Below are positions 1-10,824 of a DNA stretch of 64,000 nucleotides, one piece after another. A program made the translations under genes and the position numbers. Position 1 is the first letter of the stretch. Each line of letters starts with the position of its first letter. The notes beneath the pieces were generated by a model. That model did no database searches and was not told where the DNA came from. It was given only the letters and a program-made list of their open reading frames with translations. Source of the stretch: Octopus vulgaris (lineage: Eukaryota); the NCBI GenBank assembly GCA_951406725.2, contig OX597826.1:28706001-28770000 (forward strand), read 5' to 3'.

Positions 1-2175
1 GTCATGAAGCCATTCTCCCAATTTTCCAACTATGCCGAGATCACGCAGTTTGTGACTTATCATTCCATGATCGGCTTTATCAACGTCCTTTGCAAAGTCG
101 AGATATATCACTTCCACATTTGAGTGGTTGAGCAGTCGTTTCAGCACCCATTCATAGTGTTGTAAGATCTGAGTCAAGCAGCTTCTTCCTGGTCGGAAAC
201 CATGTTGGGTGTCAGGCAGCAAGTCATTTTCTTCAAGGAAGGCGATTAGTTTTCTTCTGACTATTCGTTCCATAACCTTGCTGATGTGAAAGGTCAGAGA
301 GATAGGTCTGTAGGACTTGGCCTCCGCTCTGCCACCTCTTTTATGAGTAGGGCATATTATACGCTCCTTCAATTTTCTTGGAAGTTTGCCAGTTGCAAGG
401 AAGCTCTGAAAGAGAGACTGCAGTGGTCTTGCTAGGACTCGCTTATATACTTTTGGAAGGATTGCTGGGAATCCATCAGGGCCAGTAGCTGAGTTTGGGT
501 TCATTTCATCTATAGCCCTTATTACATCGTCTTCCTTTATATTGATGTAATCAATCATCACTGCCTCTGTTTTTATATCTGCAGTGGTAAAAAAAAGTCA
601 GTCGGATTGCTGACTTTCATTTAGTATTTCACTTATCCTCATTGGTTTTCCTATGAGTGTACCATCTTTTTCGAGGAGTGGCCCTATCCTGCAGTGCACT
701 GAAGCTGTTTCTTTAGCAAACTTATAGAAAGCTCTGGGGTTAAATTTTATATTGTCTATAGCCCAGGCTTCTTTGTCTGCTCTCTTTTTCATGGGAGAGT
801 TGCAGACATTTTTCAATTTCCAGCAGTTGTATTTTCAGGCGGGACTTTTCACTGCTTTCAATTTGTTTGTTTAGGCGATTTGAAACTTTTGTATGCCGTC
901 TCATAAGAATTTTCCCCTCCCTGGGGATTTTGTTCTTGTGTACAGTGGTCTTTCTCTCCGGGACACATTTGTAGCTTATGGCTTGCATTACAGACATGAA
1001 TTGTTGAAGTTTCATGTCAATGTCCAGTGAGGAGAGACATTTAGGCCAGTTTTGCTTGAGGATCTCTTTCTCAATTTGTTTCCAGTTTGCCTTATGGAAG
1101 TTCAAGCTGGAAAAATTCTGAGAGTTTCTTGTAGGCTGTATGTCCATGGTTTCCTTTGGTCCATACATGGTAAGCTCTACCATGTTGTGATCCGAGAGTA
1201 GCGTCGGTGTCACTTTCACATTATGGATGAGATCCATATTATTTGTGAAGCAGAGATCCAGTATGTTACCTGCTCTGGTTGGCTGGAGTACTATTTGTTC
1301 CATGTACAAAGTGTTGATGAGGTTCAGGTGGGACTTCACCTGTCCTTGTTCGTATCGTGTCATTCCTGGGAGAGAAAGGCCCTCGGACCATCTGACATTG
1401 GGCAGATTTAAGTCTCCCATAAGAAGTACACTTATGTGTTGTTCTAATGTGACTATTTTTGTAAGGCAGTCTTCAAACTTGCCTACATGATTCGGAGCAT
1501 CTGGAGGGCCATATGTAGCACATATAACTACACCGAGTTGCTTTATATGTACAATTAGTGTGTCACATATTGAATTTGAGTGTGCCAAAAGGACCTGGGG
1601 TGTAAGGTCTTCGCAGATGTACATAGCAACTCCATCATGACTCGTTTCTTTCCTGTCGGTCCGTAATACAACATACTGTGGTATGTGTATTTCTGCATTT
1701 GTTATGTCTGGTTTCAGGTGTGTTTCCGTAAGGCTTGATTGCATACAACACGGTATCTTAAGAAAGGGATTTTTGTCCTGTTACTAAGTGCTAACATTCC
1801 TCTGATGTTCAGTAAGTGCACTGATGTGATGTGTGTGTTGTTGCCAGTGGTGCCCACCTTGGGTCTATTTGCTGTGGTAGTTTTTTGTATTGGGGATAGT
1901 CCCACCTGTGAGATCGATGTAACCAGGTCAGCTGCTGTACATTCTTTTGTGCCATGCACAAAAAGATGGTTGCTCAGCAGCTGCCCTTTCAATGACATGT
2001 TGATAAGTCTGGTCTGTAGCACGCACTACATCTGTGTACTTCCGTTTTGGGGCAGGTGGTGCGTAGTCCTTGCCTTTTGGCAGGTGGTTTCCGCCCTGTT
2101 TCATGTTTATGTGGCGGGGTCTTTGGTGTGGAAAACGGCAGCTTGCACTCTCTTCTCTATGCCAACAGACACCTT
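1..2175 (-). mobile_element. Decayed CR1/L2-group LINE (APE endonuclease + RT N-terminal part, ORF1 remnant), running off the window edge
   Basis: ORF 740-1744 has APE motifs (LTETHL, YxxLRTDR, GDLNLP, PTRAGNILDLCFTN, SDH), with LLNIRG just upstream in another frame. Bases ~60-490 on minus translate to GPDG, YRPISLT, QHGFRPGRSC and VIYLDFAK (RT). Frameshifted. Confidence 0.9.
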
Positions 2176-2176
2176 G

Positions 2177-2188
2177 TATATGTATACA

Positions 2189-2233
<45 letters not shown>

Positions 2234-2238
2234 GTGTG

Positions 2239-2275
<37 letters not shown>

Positions 2276-2521
2276 ATATATATATATATATATAAATGCA
2301 TATATGTATATAAATATATATGCATATATGTATATATATATACGTATGTGTATATAGACATACGTTTATGTCTATATACATACATACATACGTATATACA
2401 TATATATGTATATATATATACATACATACATACATATATACATATATACATATATATATATATATAAATATATATATATATTTATATTATATAAATTTAT
2501 ATATATACATAAGTGTATATA

Positions 2522-2600
<79 letters not shown>

Positions 2601-2615
2601 TATATATATATATAA
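2177..2615. repeat. (TA)n/(TATG)n compound microsatellite
   Basis: Direct reading. Confidence 0.95.
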
Positions 2616-2635
2616 TTCTTTAAAATGCATATTAT

Positions 2636-2682
2636 TGACAGCGACTTGGAAGTTTCGGCTAGTTAAGCCATGGTCGGATTGC
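2636..2682 (-). ncRNA. Decayed hammerhead-like motif (probable Penelope-like pLTR remnant)
   Basis: Minus: CCGACCAU GGCU-uaacu-AGCC GAAA CUU-cc-AAG UC. Stems II and III pair, the CUGANGA box has 2 mismatches and stem I is poor. Confidence 0.35.
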
Positions 2683-2908
2683 AGTCCGACAAAGACCTAA
2701 TCATTTTCTTGTTTTAGAATAGTAAATTTGTATCCTTCAAAAGTATAAAGAAATCCACCAGATCAATGGAAAATAGTTTTTACTATAACAAAACTTAGAA
2801 ACAAGCGTGTGTTTATGTGTGTGTCACGTAGATATATTCACATATTCATGCATACATGGATAAATAAATGCTCACCGCACATACATACATACTTATATAT
2901 ATATATAT

Positions 2909-3075
2909 TTCAATTTGACGACTCCACTAGAATGGACGAAAGCGCTTTAAACATATGATATATGATGTATAAAAACATGTAACATACAAATAAATATCTG
3001 TAAATATAAAACCATCCGAATTTATGAGTACCTCATTTCTTCTAATATAAAATACCTGTACATCATCTCCAAACC

Positions 3076-3080
<5 letters not shown>
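2909..3080 (+). mobile_element. Short (TA)n-flanked insert with decayed minimal hammerhead (PLE pLTR-like)
   Basis: 2915-2947: UUGACGA c-UCCA-cuagaa-UGGA-c GAAA GCGC UU, palindromic stem III AGCGCU. TA tracts on both sides. Confidence 0.4.
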
Positions 3081-3138
<58 letters not shown>

Positions 3139-3457
3139 ACTGTGTTGTGCATGGCATTTATCAAACAGTTCTACAACTGGTGTTGAAAACGTTAACCAAT
3201 TATTTCTATCTGAAGTGATAGTTATTGCTGTCTATCTGTATTTGCGCGCGCGCGTGAGTGTGTGCGCGGGTGTCTGTGTGAGTGAGTGCTTTTATTTCGG
3301 TGTTGCTTATAGCTTGCGCTTCATCTTTTGATGTCGATTACCGTAGCAATTCGATAATTAGAAATCGATAAAATAAGTACATAAGTGTGAAATAAGTACT
3401 GAGTTGAATTTACACACACGCGCGCACACACATACGTGCATACACACACATACATAC

Positions 3458-3526
<69 letters not shown>

Positions 3527-3532
3527 CATACA

Positions 3533-3563
<31 letters not shown>

Positions 3564-3596
3564 GTTCAGATATGTGCGTGTTTACGTTTGTACATA

Positions 3597-3975
3597 TGTA
3601 GCAATGGCCATGTGCTAAAAAGCTTGCTTTCCAACCACATGGTTCTGGGTTCAGTCCCACAGCGTGGCACTTTGGTCAAGTATCTTCTACTATAGCCTCG
3701 GGCCTACCAAAGCCTTGAGAGTGGATTTGGTAGACGGAAACTGAAAGAAGCCCGTCGTATATGTATATATATGTGTGTCTGTATTTGTCCCCCACCATCT
3801 CTTGACCACCAATGCTGGTGTATTTACGTCCCTGTACTTAACGGTTCGGCAAAATAGACCAATAGAGTAAGTACTAGGCTTACAAAGAATAAATCCTGGG
3901 GTCGATTTGCTCGACTAAAGGCGGTGCTTCAGCATGGCTGCAATCAAATGACTGAAACAAATAAAAGAATAAAAG
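3597..3975 (+). mobile_element. tRNA-derived SINE family A (CORE-like middle, internal microsatellite)
   Basis: B-box-like GGTTCAGTCCC, cttgggcaag-like core, ...gaaactgaaagaagcccgtcg..., tail aaatgactgaaaca. Many similar copies in the window. Confidence 0.85.
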
Positions 3976-4056
3976 GTTATATATATATATATATATTGAT
4001 AAAAATGATAAGACAATAAAATAATTGTCCGAATAATTGTCACATATTACATTTAC

Positions 4057-4091
<35 letters not shown>

Positions 4092-4142
4092 TGTCTCTGT
4101 GTGTATGTACATATATAGATATATATGTAGTAATTATATATG

Positions 4143-4216
<74 letters not shown>

Positions 4217-4429
4217 CTATTAGTATGTGTATTTATCTCTATGTACACACACTCACACAGTGGTAATACGAAACGAGGAAGAGATTGTAGCGGCTGTCTC
4301 GCGTTCACTCTTCACCGTGGTTCCCTGCTTTCAGTTCGCTATTGCTGCGATACAAGAATTATAGTTAGTTCCATTAAAACCTTTCTCTATGACTTGGCTG
4401 AAGGTTGCTGGCTTTCTCAATCTCGCTTT

Positions 4430-5329
4430 GCTGCTTCTACTGCCCTTGCTACTGCTGCTGCTGTAACGGTTGCTGCTGCTGCTACTGCTGCTACTGCTGC
4501 TGCTTCCTTGTTGGTCGGCAATGGTGCGTCTAAGTGGCAAGGGTGATATGATAGCGGTAGCTCTTGTTGTAACGATGGTGACGTTGGCGATAGTGATAGT
4601 AGTACTGATGATGATAGTTATAACGATACTGTTGCTGTGTTTGATAGTGACACTGATGATGCCGGTTATGAGGATACTGCTGCTGCTGTTATTGGTTGTT
4701 GTGGTGATGGTGGTAGAGATTTGGCGTTTCGTCGTCGTTATCGTTGTTGTGGTGCTAGTCACGCTGGCGGCGGTGGCGCTGGTAGTGATGGCGGTAGCGT
4801 TGTAAGTGGCAATGGCTGTGTCGGTGTAAAAGTAACTGACGATGATGATGGTGGTCATGGTGGTCATGGTGGTGGAGGTGGTGGTGGTGGTGGCGGTGGC
4901 GGTGGCGGCGTGAGGTGCTAGCAGTGTTGTATGTCGTTTCGCGCCAGGTCAGCCTTGATCGAAAAGAAGTGTACTCAAAAGCATTCCAACCGTGACCATC
5001 CTGTGTATTATGCAGTATCACATTATTCAACCTGTCTTTTGCTTCGCTTTTTTTTCTTTTTAAGGATGTTGGGTGTGATTTAAGAGAGATCTGACTACTA
5101 TTTCTAGCAGATTGAGTGACTACATACAATCTCTTGCTTTGGCTTCAGTGCAGACTTGATGTGTTGGTGGCGATGGAAGTAGTGGCAGCGTGGTGCTGGC
5201 AGTAGTTTTCCGAGTGGTGTGGTCATTTTGGTGGTTCTGGTGTTAGTGGTTGTTGTGGTGTTGGTGCTAGTGGTAGACTGGTGTGGTAGTACTGACGATA
5301 TTGGTGCGTTTGTAGTAGCAGTGGTAGTG

Positions 5330-5416
<87 letters not shown>

Positions 5417-6331
5417 AAGAGGTAGTGCAGTGCTGGCGGTAGTATTACATTGGAGTAGTGGTACAGGTTGTAGTGTTAGTAACGGAGAAATACGATGGTT
5501 TTTGTGGTAGTGGTGTGGGTGGTGGTAGTGGTGGTGGTAGTGGTAGTGGTGGTGGCGGTGAGGATGGTGGGGAAGCGTAGCAGTTTGGGTAGTAGTAGTA
5601 GTAGATTATTGTGGTGGTATTAGCGGTAGTGGTGTATATGATAGTGGTCATGGTAACAGTAGTGGTTGGAGTGTTAGTATCCATCGTATTGGTTGTAGTT
5701 GTAACGGTGTAGAGGTGTGTTAGTTTGGGTGATGGTGGTATTGTTTGCAGCAGATTATTGTGGTGGTGTTGGTGCTAGTGGTACGTCCTTGGTTGTGATT
5801 TCGGTAGTAGTCGTGTTAATGAGAATGATGATCGTTATTATTGTTGTTATGTAACCCTATGATCGATATAACCTATAATCAAAGACAATCAAATCACGAC
5901 CATCACATCGTTTTTTCCCCACTTCTTTTTTTTTCAGAAATTGCGTCCATTTGAGCTGCTCTTTCTAGCAGGTTGAGCGGACACAGAGAGGCTTCCTCGC
6001 TGTTGCTGCTGTTGTAGTTGTTGTTGCTTTTGATATTAGCGATGATGGTGATGGAGGGGGAGATGATGGTAGTGATGGTGATGGAGGGGGAGATGATGAT
6101 AGTGATGATGATGGATGTAGTGTGGTAATGGGAGGGATTGTGATGGAGGTGGTGGTGGTGGTGGTGGTGGTTGCGGCGGTTGTGGGTGTTAAGGTGGAGT
6201 AGATGTAGGGTGGTAACGGGTACAAGATGGTGGCGGTGGGGATGATGATGATGATGATGATGGTGGTTTCTCTATCTTTTATTTGCTCCGATAATGTAGT
6301 AGTAGTAGTAGTCGTAGTAGTAGTAGTAGTC

Positions 6332-6376
<45 letters not shown>

Positions 6377-6790
6377 ATGGTGTTGATAGTGGTAGTGATG
6401 GTGGTTTTGGTGATACCGTTTGTATTTGTGAGGGTAGTTCGAAGTGGTGGTGGAGGTGGTGGTGGTGGTGTTGGTGATGACGGCGGTGATGGCGATAATA
6501 GAAAGGTGTTGGTCAGTCAAGGACAGGGGCATTAATACTTGTGGTGGTGGTGGTAGATTGTGGCGACGGCGATGGTGCTGTTTGTTGTGTGGGTGGAAGT
6601 AGTTCTGGTGATAGTTTGCATTAGTCGGGGTGTTGGTGGTGGTGGTTGTGGTGTTGTTGGTTTTGATGGTGTTGGTGGTAGTGATGTTCGTGGTGATTAT
6701 GGTGGTGGCGGTGATGGTATAGTTGGTAGATATCGTAGTGGTGGTGGTGGTGGTGGTGGTGTTGGTGGTTGTGGTGGTAGTAGTGGAATT
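4430..6790. repeat. Low-complexity (GGT)n/(GTA)n/(GAT)n region with embedded SINE-D fragments (~4930-5140, ~5850-6000)
   Basis: Trinucleotide runs. The motifs ccaggtcagcc..gatc, gtgaccatcc and ctatttctagcag recur at ~16320-16500, 23540-23900 and 24150-24220. Confidence 0.8.
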
Positions 6791-6841
6791 GATAGTTGTA
6801 AAGTTTCTTCATATATCACTCACTTTCACTTACGGTATCTG

Positions 6842-6880
<39 letters not shown>

Positions 6881-7221
6881 GCATGCAGACAGATACGGTC
6901 GCATGTACCAGACTCTGTCAGGTAGTTCTGATATATATAAATAAATGGACTCATTATCTTACACACCCATACATACGCACACACACTCACACACACATAC
7001 ACATATATATAAACAAACTCACATACACATACGTATATGTACGTGCATATATATATATATGCACATATATATATATATATGCGTATGTGTGTGTGTGTAA
7101 ACGCATGAATATACACATACACGCATGTATACATACATGTATACATACACATATATATATATATAAACGTATAAATATACAAATACAAGAATGCATGCGC
7201 GCATGCGTAAATACATACATA

Positions 7222-7550
7222 CTCTTTTACTTGTTTCAGTCATTTGACTGCGGCCATGCTGGAGCACCGCCTTTAGTCGAACAAATCGACCCCAGGACTT
7301 TTTCTTTGTAAGCCTAGTACTTATTCAATCGGTCTCTTTTGCCGAACCGCTAAGTTACGGGGTCGTAAACATACCAGCATCGGTTGTCAAGCAATGGTCG
7401 GGGGACAAACATAGACACACAAACATATACACACACATACATATAAATACATATATAGGACGGGCTTCCTTCAGTTTCCGCCTGCCAAATCCACTCATAA
7501 GGCTTTGGTCGACCCGAGGCTATAGTAAAAGTCACTTGCCTAAGGTGCCC
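7222..7550 (-). mobile_element. SINE family A, 5'-truncated
   Basis: Reverse-complement match to 3597-3975 and 8711-9139. Confidence 0.85.
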
Positions 7551-7699
7551 AAAATTATATGCATACATTACACATATACATAATACACGTAAATTACATA
7601 AGACATTATTATACACATATATACCATACATATGTAATAAACATACATTACATGTATGCATACAGTTCATTAATATCTACATCACAATTTCTGTATCCA

Positions 7700-8115
7700 A
7701 AGATCATAAAAAAGAGCGGCTTTCCCCCTGATGTCTATGTGAACCAATCCTTGATACTGCAGCGGGTTTATTTCCTGTCGGTGATTAGTTCTTTTCAAGT
7801 GAGGCTCACTCGGCGCAGTCCGATCCTACTTCATAGACTTGGCTCAACAGGCTAAGACTGGTGCAGTGAGACCTGTAAGCTGTAGGTTTTACATTGGAGC
7901 GGCCTTCACTTAGGTCAATTGCCTTACAGAGCTGAAGAACTCCACCAACACTAGAGATGCCGAAAGGGTGTCAAAGGTGGCACCGATCCGCTTAAGGAAA
8001 CCCACTCCTTGATTTGCTTTTCAGTTTAACTCTCCTAACCTTTCATTTTCCCAAGACACTCACGAGGCCGTGAAGGTCTGTGCTTGAAGTTCCACCTTGG
8101 ATATTCATCATACGG
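7700..8115 (-). mobile_element. Possible 5' UTR fragment of an RTE-like LINE
   Basis: GC-richer non-coding island. ccttcacttagg..ttgccttac..gctgaagaac resembles mollusc RTE 5' regions (recalled, not verified). Confidence 0.3.
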
Positions 8116-8710
8116 AAACTCATTTATAAAACAAAAACATACCCAAAGCTGTCATTGTACTCACCAAATTTCAGGACTTCTCTTGCTTCACGTCACCATT
8201 TAGTGTTTAATCAATTCAAGTTTCGGAGTTCCCTTATTTTTCTTCACAAGATATGTCACTAATGCTAATAAATTTTCTCCACATAAAGGCTTTAATTTCA
8301 ATTGATAATGAAAATTCATTTTGGCTCGCTGCATTACGTTAGCCTGCTGTATACATACATGCATACACACTGTATACATCATACATGCATACACACACAC
8401 ACACATACAATTATATATATACAGATAAACATACATAATTAAATACGTATACATACATGTATACATGCATATATGCGCATTCGTCTACACACACATAATG
8501 GAATGCAATTAATGGGAGATGTTATAAATGGGTTTGTAAATTATGACGGAATCACCAGATATCATTCCTTAGGCAAGTCAAACCACCTGTCTCCTTTGCG
8601 GAGTCTACAGGTCTCTGGTCTCTAACGTATGACAGTAACATGCATATTTTATGTATGCTTGCATGCATACAAGTATACACATATACATTCATACATGAAT
8701 ATATACATAC

Positions 8711-8872
8711 AGACGTAAGAGTGGCTGTGTGGTAAGTAGCTTGCTTACGAACCACGGAGTTCCGGGTTCAGTCCCACTGCGTGGAACCTAGGAAAGTGTC
8801 CTCTACTATAGCCTCGGGCCGACTAAAGCCTTGTGAGTGGATTTGGTAGACAGAAACTGAAAGAAGCCCGTC

Positions 8873-8919
<47 letters not shown>

Positions 8920-9139
8920 TGTATGTGTGTGTATATTTGTGTGTCTGTGTTTGTCCTCCCAACATTGTTTGACAACCGATACTGGTGTGTTTATGTCCCC
9001 GTAACTTAGCGGTTCGGCAAAAGAGACCGATAGAATAAGTACTAGGCTTACAAAGAATAAGTCCTGGGGTCGATTTGTTCGACTAAAGGCGGTGCTCCAG
9101 TATGGCCACAGTCAAATGACTGAAACAAGTAAAAGAGTA
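8711..9139 (+). mobile_element. SINE family A, near full length
   Basis: A-box-like TGGCTGTGTGGT, B-box-like GGTTCAGTCCC, internal (TA)n, tail aaatgactgaaacaagtaaaagag. Confidence 0.9.
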
Positions 9140-9279
9140 TACGTGCTTATATAAATGAATAAATGAAAGGAAATTGGAATGAACAATCGTTATTTAAAAA
9201 CCCACTACAATTGTTTCCACACGTTTTGACACTTTTGGTACATTGGTGTGGCTTTGTGTAAACGCTATTATACATCCAA

Positions 9280-9677
9280 CGCGGCGAACTGGCAGAAACG
9301 TTAGCACGCCGGGCGAAATGCGTAGCCGTATTTCGTCTGCCGTTACGTTCTGAGTTCAAATTTCGCCGAGGTCAACATTGCCTTTCATCCTTTCGGGGTC
9401 GATAAATTAAGTACCAGTTACGCATTGGAGTCGATATAATTGACTTAATCCGTTTGTCTGTCCTTGTTTGTCTTCTCTGTGTTTAGCCCCTCGTGGGTAG
9501 TAAAGAAATAGGTATTTCATCTGGCGCTAAGTTCTGAGTTCAAATTCCGCTGAGGTCAACCTCACCTTTCAACCTTTCACGATCGATAAATTAGATTCCA
9601 GTCAAGTACAGGGGTCGATGTAATCGACTATTCCCCTCCCCACAAATTTCAGGCCTTGTGCCTATAATAGAAAGGAT
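9280..9677 (+). mobile_element. SINE family B dimer with 14-bp TSD
   Basis: tRNA-like head (tggcagaaacgttag ... gagttcaaattc), core gcctttcatcctttcggggtcgataaattaagtacc repeated. TSD tattatacatccaa at 9266-9279 and 9678-9691. Confidence 0.88.
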
Positions 9678-9845
9678 TATTATACATCCAAGGTGCAAAA
9701 TAAGCGTCGTATAGCATTCCGTAGCTTTGTTGTTAGGGTATTCGGCTCAAGGTCCTGAAGTCCTGAGTTGGAAATTATCCTTTCTTTTTGATTTTCAAAG
9801 AGAAATTCACATCAGCAGGACTGCTGAACTCTTATGTATGTATGT

Positions 9846-10760
9846 CTCTTCTATTTTTTAATTATTATAAATCTTCCATTAAGGAGGGAGCCGGTCTCCA
9901 ACAAAAATATAAGGCTCCATCTCTGGGAAGTAGTTAACTCAGACAAATTCACATTTGGAACTTGAGAAAAGTTTGGCATATTTTTACTGTTCCACTCAGA
10001 CTGCACTTGTAATGTACGAATTAGCTGGTCACTTTCTCTTTCTGAAAATTCCAGTTTATCCAGATTCACCTTAAGCATTTACTAACAAACCCAAGTGCTC
10101 CAATTATTATCGGTATGAATATGAATTCATAGTCTGGATATAGGAACTGGAGGTTTCGAAGCAATAGTCCATAGATATCCTTTGATTTTTAAAGAGATAT
10201 TTATATCTGCAGGGCAGCTGGCCTCTATGACGGTACAAACCTTTGCCCCTCTGTCCCGGCCTGTTATGTTTACATTTGACAGAAATTTTGACGGGAATAT
10301 TCTACCTGTGTTCCTTGAGTTGGAGTTTATGAATGTATTCCATAACAGACGGATTTTCGAAGTTTATTTAAGGACAGTCATTTTATGGATGCATTGTAAA
10401 TTGTTTTAGCAACAACATCGTGCTGCATAGGATGGTAGTACCGTGATGACATTTTAGGGCGGCTGCTAATCACATGAGCGATGTCTTCCACAGAAACATG
10501 GCATAGCCTACACATGCGATTGCACCTTGGGATTACAAGAGCGTCACTAAATCTCTTGTTCACCAGGTACTTTGTGGCAATCTCCTTTTCCTGAATTGCA
10601 AACGCATAGCCTATAAAGTGTGATGTGATATAGTGCTCCTCTGTCCAAGAGGGGCTGCGCTTCGTGTCAATTCTACTGTCTTCTTGAAGCTTCCGGGCAA
10701 CATACCCATGCCTGATCGTCTTTTTATGCTATGTGATTTCCATCCAGGTTTTTTCTGAGG
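9846..10760 (-). mobile_element. 5'-truncated RLE-type (R4/Dong-like) LINE in (CATA)n
   Basis: CRLCHVSVEDIAHVISS-PKMSSRYYHPMQHDVVAK (CCHC-like knuckle and RHD-like motif), KCKHNRP, and the C-terminal IPIIIGALG motif. (TATG)n on both flanks. Confidence 0.85.
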
Positions 10761-10824
10761 TATGTATGTATGAATGTATGTATAGTTCAAATTTACAGAA
10801 AATAAAAGACGAAGGCAGGTGGGG

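Noticed and set aside
7932-7975. CTGAAGA...CGAAA...GTC hammerhead-like boxes on plus
   Set aside because: Stems I and III do not pair.
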